This document shows, one piece after another, positions 15,837 to 25,261 of a stretch of DNA of 32,000 nt. The first letter of the stretch is position 1; every line of letters begins with the position of its first letter. The translations under genes were made by a program, and so were the position numbers. The notes under the pieces are model-generated. The model was not told the DNA's origin and searched no databases. It saw only the letters and a list, made by a program, of their open reading frames with translations. The stretch is from an uncultured Chloroflexia bacterium (lineage in GTDB: Bacteria > Chloroflexota > Anaerolineae > Anaerolineales > Anaerolineaceae): the NCBI GenBank assembly GCA_963704755.1, contig OY969938.1, positions 1,170,001 to 1,202,000 on the forward strand. Reading direction: 5' to 3'.

Positions 15837-16765
15837 CGGGTCGCCTCCTGCTGCTGGAAGCGGCGAATGTTCACAAACATCACCGGGATAATCAGGACTA
15901 CCAACACCATAGCGATGGCTGTGCCTCGCCCGGTTTGGAAGTTCTTGTACATTTCAAAATACATCCGGTTGGCGATCACGTCGGTACCGTAGTTCCCGCC
16001 GGTCATCACATAGACGATATCGAACACTTTCAGCACATTGATGATCATAGTGGTGATCACTACGGTGATGGTTGGGGCAATCATCGGGACCATAATCTGC
16101 CAGAAGACCGTCCACTCGTTCGCACCATCCACCCGGGCTGCTTCCAGAATTTCGTCCGGGACCCCCTTCAGGGCCGCGGCCAGGATGGTCATACAAAAGC
16201 CGGTCCACATCCACACGCCCACGACGATCAAACAAATCGTATTCACTTGTGGAACTGTCAGCCAGGCAACCGCCTTCCCGCCCAGCCCGGTTATGATTGC
16301 GTTCAGCAAACCAACCTGAACCTGGGTAGTACCGTAGTCGTAGACAAATTTCCAGATCACGCCTGCCCCAACGAAAGAAATGGCCATGGGCAGGAAGATG
16401 ATCGATTTGGCGATAGCCTCGTACTTGACCCGATCAGCGAGGGTAGCGATCAGCAGGCCAATCAAAACTGTCGCGCTAACCATCAGGACAATCCAGATCA
16501 AGTTGTTCAGCAAAGACGTCCGCATGACATCCGACGTCAAGGCGTAACGATAATTCTCGAATATTCCCCAACAGGGTTGGCCGGCCTGGCAAGCCTGGTT
16601 GGCCCAACCCGTGTTATCGACATTGCGAAAACTCAAATAAAGCGTATTCAGCCCCGGATAGACAATGAATACGAACATGACGATCAATGCGGGGGACAGA
16701 TAAAGCCAGGGGGTGAGTGGCTTTTGACGCATAACCCCCGGGACAACTTTCGCACTTGCAGCCAT
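15833..16765 (-). CDS. Carbohydrate ABC transporter permease (MalF/UgpA-like)
   Basis: 310 aa with six hydrophobic segments. The EAA motif is EAARVDGANEWTVFWQIMVP. Confidence 0.85.
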   Translation of the reverse strand: MAASAKVVPGVMRQKPLTPWLYLSPALIVMFVFIVYPGLNTLYLSFRNVDNTGWANQACQAGQPCWGIFENYRYALTSDVMRTSLLNNLIWIVLMVSATVLIGLLIATLADRVKYEAIAKSIIFLPMAISFVGAGVIWKFVYDYGTTQVQVGLLNAIITGLGGKAVAWLTVPQVNTICLIVVGVWMWTGFCMTILAAALKGVPDEILEAARVDGANEWTVFWQIMVPMIAPTITVVITTMIINVLKVFDIVYVMTGGNYGTDVIANRMYFEMYKNFQTGRGTAIAMVLVVLIIPVMFVNIRRFQQQEATR

Positions 16766-16834
16766 ATCGCTCCTCCTTCTAATGAAACACGCCGGGTGTC
16801 AGTTGACACCCGGCGTTGAATTACCAGGAACGTT

Positions 16835-18250
16835 TTACTTGCCTAGACCTGCCATTTGCGCAGCTTCTACATTAGCCAGGTTGGTATCCAGGTCCTGCCC
16901 ATTGACGGTGTTGACAATGGCAGTCCATTCGGCCGAGCTAAAGCCGCCCGGGATGGTGTCGCCCAGATCAGGGGTGAAGCCGGTGGCGTTGGCTAACATC
17001 TCGCCACGTTTTTCCGCACCTGCATCAGGATACGTTCCAACACCGGCCTTGTTGGGGGTCAGGTCAAAGCCTGCCGCTGCCCAGTTCTGGCCGCCCAGGT
17101 CCGAAGACAGGTAAGTAACCAGCGCCTGTACGGCCGGGGTATTGTTGAAAGCCATCATCCAGTCCCAACCACCCTGCAAACCCTGGGCACCCGGAACAGG
17201 GAAGAAGTCGTAGTCGGTGCCGTATTTCAGATCAGGATAGGTGCCGATGATCGTGCCGCTGGCAAAACCAGACTGCTTGACCATCATGGATTGCGGCGGA
17301 TCCGAGAAGACCTGCAGGATCGCGTCGTTGAAGTTAGTGGACAGGGTACCCTGAGCGCCGCCAACAGTGTACTTGGCGTCGGTAGCCCACTTCAGGTAGG
17401 TTTGGTAAGCCTGTTTCACACCGGCATCGTTGTAGGGAGTATCCCCGGTGATGATGCTGTTGACATAATCCGGGCCCTGCTGGACCAGGAGGATATCCTG
17501 GATGAAGTCGGAACCGGTCCAACCAGTCGCATCGCCAGATTCGAAGCCCATGCTCCAGGGCACGTCACCGTTGGAAACCATTTTTTCAACCAGGGTGTTC
17601 AGTTCATCCCAGGTGGTCGGCACGGTGTAACCCTTTTCAGCGAAGACCGCCGGATCGTACCAGATAATGGTCTTGACATCCGCTTTGACGGGCAGGCCCA
17701 GCCATTTGCCATCGATCGTACCATTCTTGACGAATACATCGGGGTAATTGGCAGCAACTGCGCCCAGGGTGTCCATGGGGACCAGTTTATCTTTGTACTG
17801 GATCAGTTGAGCAATATTCCAGAAAGCAACGTCTGGGGGTGTACCGGCCTGAACCTTGGTGTCCAGAACAGCCTGGTCACGGGTTGATTCAGGATTGATG
17901 GTGATACCGCAGGCATCGACGAGCGGTTTGAGGATGGTGTTCAGCTTGGTTTCCTCTTCACCTGACCATTGGTACAGCATGGAGATGGTGTCGCCAGCTT
18001 TTGCACCTTTGCAGTCGATCGCGGCAGTTGACCCGCCGGTTGTGGCTGTGGCTTCCGTCATCGCGGTGGTGGCAGTGGACGCCATCATTTCGGTGGGGGC
18101 CATTGTCGGGGCCATGGTGGGTTCCATTGTGGGAGCCGTTGAGGGTACTTCCGTCGGGGCGGTGGTGGCGGTTGCCGGGCTGCTGCAGGCAGCCAGCGCC
18201 ATCGCGGCGATCATTACGATACTAAATGCGAACCAGAAACGATTTTTCAT
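16835..18250 (-). CDS. Extracellular solute-binding lipoprotein (family 1, sugar ABC)
   Basis: The ORF track extends to 18364. ATG 18250 is preceded by GGAGGAGAAT and begins MKNRFWFAFSIVMIAAMALAAC (lipobox LAAC). A Thr/Ala/Pro-rich linker and an SBP_bac_1-like body follow. Confidence 0.85.
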   Translation of the reverse strand: MKNRFWFAFSIVMIAAMALAACSSPATATTAPTEVPSTAPTMEPTMAPTMAPTEMMASTATTAMTEATATTGGSTAAIDCKGAKAGDTISMLYQWSGEEETKLNTILKPLVDACGITINPESTRDQAVLDTKVQAGTPPDVAFWNIAQLIQYKDKLVPMDTLGAVAANYPDVFVKNGTIDGKWLGLPVKADVKTIIWYDPAVFAEKGYTVPTTWDELNTLVEKMVSNGDVPWSMGFESGDATGWTGSDFIQDILLVQQGPDYVNSIITGDTPYNDAGVKQAYQTYLKWATDAKYTVGGAQGTLSTNFNDAILQVFSDPPQSMMVKQSGFASGTIIGTYPDLKYGTDYDFFPVPGAQGLQGGWDWMMAFNNTPAVQALVTYLSSDLGGQNWAAAGFDLTPNKAGVGTYPDAGAEKRGEMLANATGFTPDLGDTIPGGFSSAEWTAIVNTVNGQDLDTNLANVEAAQMAGLGK

Positions 18251-18402
18251 ATTCTCCTCCATCCTTACGGATTGATTGACTTTCGATACTGGACTTTGTT
18301 TTCTAACGACCACACCAGAGGCAATTTTGCCGGGTGCAACCAAGAAATCAAATCGATGTTTCACTCACCTCCTTCCAGATGAAATTTCGGCTATGACTTC
18401 AT

Positions 18403-19407
18403 CTATGCAGTTTCGCGTTCGATCAAGGTTAACGGCAGCCGGATGTGTTGGACGGAGCGATTTGGGTTCGCAATCCGCGAAAAGAGCAGTTCCGCGGCTA
18501 CTTTTCCCGATTCGTCCAAAGGCTGCCGGATGGTTGACAATCCCATGTACTCAGCAATATCCAGGTCATCAAAGCCCAAAATCGCCAGGTCTTCCGGCAC
18601 ACGCAGATTTAACTGGCGAGCCGCCTTCAGCACACCGATGGCTTGCAAATCGGTTGCGCAGAATACGGCGGTGGGCCGATTCGGCTCCTTGAGCTTATCC
18701 ACAGCCAGGTAACGGGTAGCGTCCACGTGATAAGGCGTTTCCCAAACCAGGTCATTGCAAATTTCTATCTTATTTTCTCTTAGCACTTCACAAAAACCGG
18801 AAAGGCGTGAACTGATGGGGTTAATCCCATATTTTGGGAAATTTGTTTCACCCACAAAAGCAAATTTCCGGTGGCCCTTCCCCGCCAGGTACCGTCCGGC
18901 AATCCGTCCGCCTTCTTCATCGTCGATCTCGACGCAATTGAACCCGCTGATCGGATATTCGATCAAAACCATCTCCATCTGGTGCTGTCTCATCCGGTCG
19001 GCTATGGCCTGATCGATCCTGACCGAAATGAGAACCAGTCCATCCAGGTTGTGTGTGAGCGGGACCGTTTCGAGATAACGGTTCAACCGCTCGATCGTAT
19101 CAACGGTGAAAATAACCAGCTCGTAATTTGATTCAGATAAGACCGATGAGACCCCGCGCAGGCGCTGCACGAATGAAGGCCCGGTGAACCAGGGAGTAAT
19201 CACACCGACACGCCCGGAGGAGAGCAACGCCCGTGCCCGCGCTTCGGCCTTGGGGATAAACCCCAGTTGGTCGATCGCTTGGAGGACGAGCGTTCGGGTA
19301 GCTTCGTTAACCAATTCCGGTGAATTCAAAACCCGAGAAACTGTCGAAATGCTGACCCCAGCGGTGCGAGCAACGTCATAGATGGTCGGTAGACTTTTTC
19401 TCATCAA
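18403..19407 (-). CDS. LacI-family transcriptional regulator
   Basis: N-terminal HTH is TIYDVARTAGVSISTVSRVLN, followed by a periplasmic-binding-protein-like sugar-sensing core. Confidence 0.9.
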   Translation of the reverse strand: MMRKSLPTIYDVARTAGVSISTVSRVLNSPELVNEATRTLVLQAIDQLGFIPKAEARARALLSSGRVGVITPWFTGPSFVQRLRGVSSVLSESNYELVIFTVDTIERLNRYLETVPLTHNLDGLVLISVRIDQAIADRMRQHQMEMVLIEYPISGFNCVEIDDEEGGRIAGRYLAGKGHRKFAFVGETNFPKYGINPISSRLSGFCEVLRENKIEICNDLVWETPYHVDATRYLAVDKLKEPNRPTAVFCATDLQAIGVLKAARQLNLRVPEDLAILGFDDLDIAEYMGLSTIRQPLDESGKVAAELLFSRIANPNRSVQHIRLPLTLIERETA

Positions 19408-19901
19408 CTGATCTGGTTGGTTAAAGGACTTTAATAAGTAGCGAATTTTCTTGTGAATGCTTTATGAAAATTGTTTCAGAAAGCACTTTCATAATAACAA
19501 TAAATAGAGCGTTTGTCAATTATTAATTTATATTCTTAAGGTTAACAGTCAACGATTCGCAGTCCTGATCCTTGCCATTCTAGTTTCTTCAACCCCCCTT
19601 GCCGAAAATTCAAAAGCCTGGGCCACGAGTCCCGGTCCAAAGATCACCTCTTTCTCGAGAAGGCCCGAATACCTTCTCGACTCGCGACTGCCTTCCTCAA
19701 AAAGAGCAACCCAGTTAGAATACTTCCGTATAATTAAGCAGGTGATTAACGCAAATTCGGGGGGTGCGTTTTGATGTTTCGCTTTTCGCCTAAAAACCGC
19801 AGGAGCGAACGGTAAAATAACCCGGTTCCATCCAGGACATTTGCCAGGCCGGGCTTACAGCTTAAATCCAGCATCCGATACAAACCGGTCAGGAAGTCAG
19901 C

Positions 19902-20676
19902 ATGAACTTTAAATTCAAATTCGATTATTTCTGCACAAAACCTCACCAAGAAATTCGGTGACAAAAACGCTGTCGATGAGGTCAGTTTCCAGGTCTATCC
20001 CGGTGAAATCTTTGGATTTCTCGGGCCGAATGGGGCCGGAAAAACAACCACCATCAAAATGGTAGTCGGTTTACTCAAGCCCACCTCCGGAACAGCCACT
20101 ATCGCCGGCTACGATATCCAGGCCCAATCCATGTTGGCCAAACACTCCAGCGGGTACGTCCCGGACGAGCCCAACCTGTACGCCAAACTAACCGCCCGCG
20201 AACTGCTGCGCTTTGTCGGCGACCTGTACAACCTGCCCGCCGACCAGGCTCAACGCCGCGGCGAGGAACTGCTGCGCCTGTTCGAGTTGACCGAAGCTGC
20301 CGACCAGACTATTGATTCGTACAGCCACGGGATGCAGCAAAAAACTTCCCTGGCGGCCGCGCTTTTGCACGATCCTAAAGCCCTGGTCCTGGACGAACCG
20401 ACCGTCGGCCTGGACCCGCGTTCCGCCCGCCTTATCAAGGACATTCTGCGCCAGATCGCTGACCGGGGTGCGGCCGTGATGCTTTCGACCCACATTTTGG
20501 AAATCGCGGAAAGAATGTGCGACCGTATTGGGATCATCAACAAGGGCAAGCTGATCGCTGTCGGCACGCTGGATGAACTGCGGAAAAGTGGCAATGGTGA
20601 GACCAGTTTGGAGGATATCTTCCTCGAGCTGACGGGTGGTGCCGAATACGCCGAGATTGCCGAGGTCATGAAATGA
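19902..20676 (+). CDS. ABC transporter ATP-binding protein (ABC-2/exporter type); N-terminus apparently interrupted by a +1 frame change
   Basis: Walker A GPNGAGKTTT is encoded upstream of the track's first Met (20059). The ABC signature (SHGMQQK) and Walker B (LVLDEPTVGLD) are present. The ABC frame is open back to 19906 with no ATG/GTG/TTG. An ATG with RBS AGGAAG sits at 19902 in the adjacent frame. Confidence 0.75.
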
Positions 20677-22427
20677 CCGCTCAACCGGCGATTTTTCCAT
20701 CCGGTCAATCGGGTATGTGGAGTTCGGTCTTCCTCTTGCTGCGCCTGCGCGTAAGATTGTGGTTCAATTCGTTCAAAAAGGCCAAACTGCTGCGCAAAAT
20801 CATGACGATCCTGTTTGCGCTGGTCATCCTGGCGTTTGGGATTGGCATGATGGTCGGCAGTTTCTTCTTGCTGAGACTGCTGCAATCGCCCCAAGTAGCC
20901 GGTTATATCGATATCGACCCGATCCTGGCTGCCTTGCCCAGCATCATCCTCACTGCCGGGTTCATCGTTATCCTGGCCACCAACTTCAGTGTATTGCTGC
21001 AGGCGCTCTACCTGAGCCGCGATATGGACTTCTTGATCGCCGCGCCGATCCCCATGCGGGCGGTTTTCCTTTCGAAAATGATCCAGGCCATTCTGCCGAA
21101 TTTTGGGTTGTTTTGCCTGGCCGGTCTCCCAATCCTGTTTGGGCTGGCCGGTTCAAAGGGATACAATGTGCTGTTTTATGTGGTCACGGTCCTCCAAGCC
21201 GCCATGCTGGCCCTGGCCGCCGGCGGATTGGCCAGCATCCTGGTCATGCTGGTCGTCAGAGTCGTCCCGGCCCGCCGGGTAGCTGAAGTGCTCGGGTTTG
21301 TTGGCGCGCTGGTGACCATCACTCTCAGCCAATCCGGAAATTTGATGAACCAGGTCGATTTTAACAAGGCCCAGGTAGCGAATGTCTTTTCGCGTATTAC
21401 CTTCCTCAACCAGCCCTGGTCGCCTCTGGCCTGGATCGGACATGGGCTGGTCGACCTGGGCACAGGCGTGTGGGCCAGCGGACTGGCTTTGACCGTCGCC
21501 ACCCTGGTTTTGTCGACCGGGATCTTCGTGATTTCACTGGTTTCGTCCGAAAAACTGTATTACAGCGGTTGGGCCAGGATGCAGGGTAACTCGCAGAAGC
21601 GCAAGGTCTCGAACGGCGCCAAACGCCACGTAACCGCCTCCGGGCCCGGCGTTCTGGTCATCTTCCCGCGCGCATCGCGGGCCATCATCCGTAAAGATTT
21701 CCTGCTGCTGCGCCGTGATTTACGCAACCTGTCGCATTTTATTTCCCCGTTGATCATCGGGTTTGTGATGCTGCTCTCGACCGGCCGTGGAATTGGCGCC
21801 GCGCAAGACTCGGCCGGTTTTATGCAGCGCCTTCCCCAGGTGGCACAGTATGCCAACATCGGATTGACCTTCTTTGTGAGCTGGATGCTGATGGTCAACC
21901 TGGCCACCAATTCGATTTCACGGGAAGGCAAGAATTACTGGCTGCTGAACGCTGCCCCGCTCAAACCGTCTCATTTAATCGTCGGCAAATTCGTGGTTTC
22001 TTTCCTGCCCGGCCTGGTATTGGCCTGGGCCTTTATCCTCGTTTCTTCCCTCTTAAATCCGCTCCGGGCCAGCGGGCTGGTCTACAGCCTGGCGGTGGTT
22101 ACTTTGCTGATTTTTGGCTTGAACGGATTACTGCTCACCTTTGGTGTTTTTGCCGCCAAACTGGATTGGGAAGATGTGCGTAAGCAGGGCATGCGCGGCG
22201 CCTCCGGCTGCCTGGGTGTGTTGGCCAGTTTTGCCTACGGCATTATCGCCATGGCTTTGTTTTTAGGCCCGCCTGCGCTGTGGTCGCTGTTTCTCCCCAA
22301 TAGTGAGGTCTGGATCGGCCAGGCAATCGGCCTGCTGGTTGGCGCCGTCGCCGTGGCCCTGGTGACCTTCATTCCGTTAGGACAGGCAACCAGGCACGTC
22401 CCCCGCATCGGCGAGCCGGCCAATTGA
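20673..22427 (+). CDS. Large polytopic permease partner of the ABC ATPase (putative ABC exporter family)
   Basis: 584 aa. The start overlaps the ATPase stop (ATGA). The basic N-terminal segment LRLRVRLWFNSFKK is followed by at least 10 hydrophobic helices. Confidence 0.8.
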   Translation: MTAQPAIFPSGQSGMWSSVFLLLRLRVRLWFNSFKKAKLLRKIMTILFALVILAFGIGMMVGSFFLLRLLQSPQVAGYIDIDPILAALPSIILTAGFIVILATNFSVLLQALYLSRDMDFLIAAPIPMRAVFLSKMIQAILPNFGLFCLAGLPILFGLAGSKGYNVLFYVVTVLQAAMLALAAGGLASILVMLVVRVVPARRVAEVLGFVGALVTITLSQSGNLMNQVDFNKAQVANVFSRITFLNQPWSPLAWIGHGLVDLGTGVWASGLALTVATLVLSTGIFVISLVSSEKLYYSGWARMQGNSQKRKVSNGAKRHVTASGPGVLVIFPRASRAIIRKDFLLLRRDLRNLSHFISPLIIGFVMLLSTGRGIGAAQDSAGFMQRLPQVAQYANIGLTFFVSWMLMVNLATNSISREGKNYWLLNAAPLKPSHLIVGKFVVSFLPGLVLAWAFILVSSLLNPLRASGLVYSLAVVTLLIFGLNGLLLTFGVFAAKLDWEDVRKQGMRGASGCLGVLASFAYGIIAMALFLGPPALWSLFLPNSEVWIGQAIGLLVGAVAVALVTFIPLGQATRHVPRIGEPAN

Positions 22428-22490
22428 TTCGCGGAGAGGCCAGGTGAGAGGCGCAGCGGGCAGGCCAATGCCCCGGCAGAAAAAAGCCTT

Positions 22491-23333
22491 CTAAACCTTT
22501 TCGAGCGAGAAGGGCAGCCGTTCGTCCGACTCGACAATTCGCTCCACCTCGGCGCTGTCCCCGGCTTCCGCTGCGGCGGCCAGGCGGTCGATCAAATCCA
22601 TGTCCGCGGCCGGCATTTCGCTGCTGGTGACACCTTCCAGGATACCCCATCCATCCCAGGGCAGCACTTCGACTCGCAGCAGGGATAGGGCATCTCGTAG
22701 TACGTTACCGCGCACGAAGTCCCAGCCCTTATAATCCATAATTCCGAACGTATCCGGAGCGGCCTGGCCTTCACGGCACATTCGCCAGGCCGCTCCCCCG
22801 GTCACAAAAGCGCCGGCGGGCATATCCAGCGGGTCGAACTGGATTTTCAAGGCATTCAGCATCAGCTCGTCCAACTGCGCATCCACCTGCCGCCAGCTCT
22901 GCTGTTCGGCATCCCAGACCTCGACCATCCAGTGATCTTCGTAGTGCCCGGAAATGAAATAGGTGCCAAACCCACAGCGCGCCCGGCAAGGCACACCCCT
23001 GGCCCGCAGAAAAGACGCCATCAGAACCGAAAAATCGCGGCAATTGCACACCAGCCGCTGCTCGGGCGGCCTTGCTTCACTTAGCGGGCGGTCCGAAAGC
23101 TCCAGCAGGCGAGCCAGCTTGCGCTCGGCGGTGTGGATTTGTACTTCAGCCTGCCGGCTCCCATCCAGGTGCAGGCCGTACCGCTCGGCCCAGAAAATGT
23201 GCACCGCCAGCCCTTGCAAAGCCTTGACCAACAGTCCAATCTGCGCTGGCAGTTGATCCACCAGCCCGGCATACTGGCCCAACGAGGTCATTGGGCCGGG
23301 TTGTTTGTAATATTCCAGCCAATCCGAAGTCAT
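22491..23333 (-). CDS. Transglutaminase-like cysteine protease-fold protein
   Basis: Catalytic-triad context: NCRDFSVLMASFLRARGVPCR (Cys), then HYEDHWMVEVWD (His/Asp). Confidence 0.75.
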   Translation of the reverse strand: MTSDWLEYYKQPGPMTSLGQYAGLVDQLPAQIGLLVKALQGLAVHIFWAERYGLHLDGSRQAEVQIHTAERKLARLLELSDRPLSEARPPEQRLVCNCRDFSVLMASFLRARGVPCRARCGFGTYFISGHYEDHWMVEVWDAEQQSWRQVDAQLDELMLNALKIQFDPLDMPAGAFVTGGAAWRMCREGQAAPDTFGIMDYKGWDFVRGNVLRDALSLLRVEVLPWDGWGILEGVTSSEMPAADMDLIDRLAAAAEAGDSAEVERIVESDERLPFSLEKV

Positions 23334-23387
23334 CCTGAATCCTCCCCGGTTTTATTAACGTAGCTTCGTCTATGGTAATCGAATTTA

Positions 23388-23456
23388 AGGGTTTTGCGGT
23401 ATAAAGCAACGCAAAGCCCTCAATTTTGGGAACTTTTTAACAGGAGCCTGATTAGC
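23388..23456. repeat. Family-1 element, short copy L
   Basis: 11-bp stem agggttttgcg / cgcaaagccct (one G-U pair), followed by the conserved tail tcaattttgggaactttttaacaggagcctgattagc. Confidence 0.6.
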
Positions 23457-23475
23457 TTCTGCCCAAAAATTATTT

Positions 23476-23584
23476 GTAACTGCCCGGGCCAGTTCAAGGG
23501 TCAGGGTGTGTTGTTGTTTTTCGCGTGCAAATCACGCGAAAAACAACAACACACCCTGATTTTCCGGGAAAGCTGAGTAGTTAC
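23476..23584. repeat. Family-1 palindromic element, copy C
   Basis: Perfect 26-bp arms at 23502-23527 (cagggtgtgttgttgtttttcgcgtg) and 23533-23558. Left end is gtaactgcccggg. The right end ttttccgggaaagctgagtagttac is the reverse complement of the left end of copy A. Confidence 0.85.
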
Positions 23585-23592
23585 AATTATTT

Positions 23593-23642
23593 GTTACTGC
23601 TCAGGCAAGTGCGAAAGGCGAGGGTGTTTTTATTATTTTTCG
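23593..23642. repeat. Family-1 half-element C' (left end plus left arm only)
   Basis: Sequence is gttactgctcaggcaagtgcgaaaggcgagggtgtttttattatttttcg, with no matching right arm before the next gene's stop at 23657. Confidence 0.6.
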
Positions 23643-23656
23643 AATAGATACCAATC

Positions 23657-24610
23657 TCAGGGTGTGGGATTATCCCAATAGCGGACCTGGTCCACCCGCA
23701 CGGTCAGGTTTTCAGTCTCTCGGGCGCCGATGAACACGCCGAAATAGCCTTGAGAGAACATATTATCGTCCGCTTCTTTGAGCATCTTCCCGTTAGCGTA
23801 AACGATCAGGCGATCACCCACGGCCATCAAACCCATCCGGTTGGTCTGGTTCTGCCCGCTGTTGATCGCGTCGCTCTTCGTCCAGTCGATCAGGTTAATC
23901 ATCTCTCCCTTCGCGCCGATCTCTGCGTTCCAGCGCCGGAGAGAATACTGGCCATCACAGGAAAAGCCAAGCAAATAGCCCCGATCCGCATTCGTGGCGT
24001 CAGGCACGCGCACGAACACGCCGTAACGATCATCGCCGCCGCAGGTAGTGGTCTGGAAGGTAACTTCCAGGTAGAAATTCGTCAGCAAAGGGGTCGTCAA
24101 ACGCCAGCCATCGGTGGTCGTTAGCCCGGTCAGGCTCATCACCCCGTTGCTGAAATCGAGCGAGGTATATTTATCGGTTCCGAGCGGCCAGTTCTTGCCG
24201 TCGTTCATGTCATCAACCCAGGTGGGGTTTCCTAATTGGTTAATCGGATCCCCGGGCGGAGGGGTAAAGGCAATGGTCGCTGTAGGTTGGCCGGTCGCAG
24301 TTGGCGCCGCGGTAGCCGTCTCGGTCGGGGCCACCGTTTCGGTCGGCGTGGGCGGTTGTGCGGTAGCCGCATCTTGGGCAGGTGGCTGAGTAGCCGTATT
24401 GGCCGGGACCACCGTCACCGGGATTGTCGGCAGTTGTTGGGTCGGGTTACTACCCTGAACGGCGATCGTACTGGTCGGCATGGTGGTTAAAATCTGTGCC
24501 ACCTGGGTGGATATCGTCGAATCATCCGGCGTCGGGACCTCGGTATTATTGAAGGCACTACATCCAGCCAGCAACGCTGCGATTAAAAGAAAAGGAAGAA
24601 AACGCTTCAT
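23657..24610 (-). CDS. Secreted lipoprotein with Thr/Pro-rich linker and C-terminal ConA/LamG-like (DUF1080-like) beta-sandwich domain
   Basis: Signal peptide and lipobox MKRFLPFLLIAALLAGC. A low-complexity linker of about 110 aa follows. The C-terminal strand pattern is YLEVTFQ...GVFVRV...GYLLGFSCDGQYSLRRW...FGVFIGA...VDQVRYW. Confidence 0.7.
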   Translation of the reverse strand: MKRFLPFLLIAALLAGCSAFNNTEVPTPDDSTISTQVAQILTTMPTSTIAVQGSNPTQQLPTIPVTVVPANTATQPPAQDAATAQPPTPTETVAPTETATAAPTATGQPTATIAFTPPPGDPINQLGNPTWVDDMNDGKNWPLGTDKYTSLDFSNGVMSLTGLTTTDGWRLTTPLLTNFYLEVTFQTTTCGGDDRYGVFVRVPDATNADRGYLLGFSCDGQYSLRRWNAEIGAKGEMINLIDWTKSDAINSGQNQTNRMGLMAVGDRLIVYANGKMLKEADDNMFSQGYFGVFIGARETENLTVRVDQVRYWDNPTP

Positions 24611-24747
24611 TCTACAACTCCTTTGACGTCCAAATCAAACCGTTTAAGGCGCATAAGGGCTCTAAGGATAGACGAAGTCTTTCCGTTGAAAGTTCCCCCA
24701 CGGCACTCCCCCGAGAAAGCTTCCTCACCCCCAGATATGGTATACGG

Positions 24748-25239
24748 TCAGGCTTTATAGCCAATCATCCGCAGGAAACCCTTGCGCCAGGCAATATCTT
24801 CGTCCGCTTCGATGCCGGCCGGGCTGGACCCGTCCACCACGCCTAAAATCCCGGCACCCTGTTCCGTGCGGGTGACGATCACCTGGGTGGGGTTAGCCGT
24901 CGCGCAGAAAATGCGGCAGACCTCAGGGACATCCCGTACCGTTTTGAGCACATTGATCGGGAAGAATCCCGCCCCCAGAAAGAGGATAAAGCTGTGGCCG
25001 GCCCCAATCGCCAGCGCGTTCTTGCGGGCCAGCTCGGTCATCTCGTCATCCGTGCCGCTCCAGCGCACCAGGCACTTGCCGGAGGCCTCGCAAAACGCCA
25101 GCCCAAAACGAATCCCCGGCACGGCGCCGACCAGCGCCTCGTGGATATCTTCCACGGTTTTGATAAAGTGGGATTGCCCCAGGATGAAGTTAATTTCTTC
25201 CGGTTTTTCAATCTGGACGAGTTCAAGCTCCATAGTCAT
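24748..25239 (-). CDS. Adenosine-specific kinase-like protein (PF04008/DUF355 family)
   Basis: 163 aa. Family-typical blocks are GQSHFIKTVEDIHEALV, FGLAFCEASG, ANP, and GILGVVDG near the C-terminus. Recognised from memory. Confidence 0.65.
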   Translation of the reverse strand: MTMELELVQIEKPEEINFILGQSHFIKTVEDIHEALVGAVPGIRFGLAFCEASGKCLVRWSGTDDEMTELARKNALAIGAGHSFILFLGAGFFPINVLKTVRDVPEVCRIFCATANPTQVIVTRTEQGAGILGVVDGSSPAGIEADEDIAWRKGFLRMIGYKA

Positions 25240-25261
25240 TTCTCCTTGGGCTTAATTGTAC

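Noticed and set aside
16835-18364. Upstream-extended start (18364) for the solute-binding protein, and TTG 29089 for the yceI-like gene.
   Set aside because: Internal ATGs at 18250 and 29074 are each preceded by a clear GGAG(G) Shine-Dalgarno sequence and begin canonical lipoprotein signal peptides. The extensions would bury the signal peptide.
19746-19964. 72-aa minus-strand ORF overlapping the ABC ATPase start region.
   Set aside because: It is antisense to the ABC leader and N-terminus, with no motif and no RBS. It is better explained as a chance ORF.
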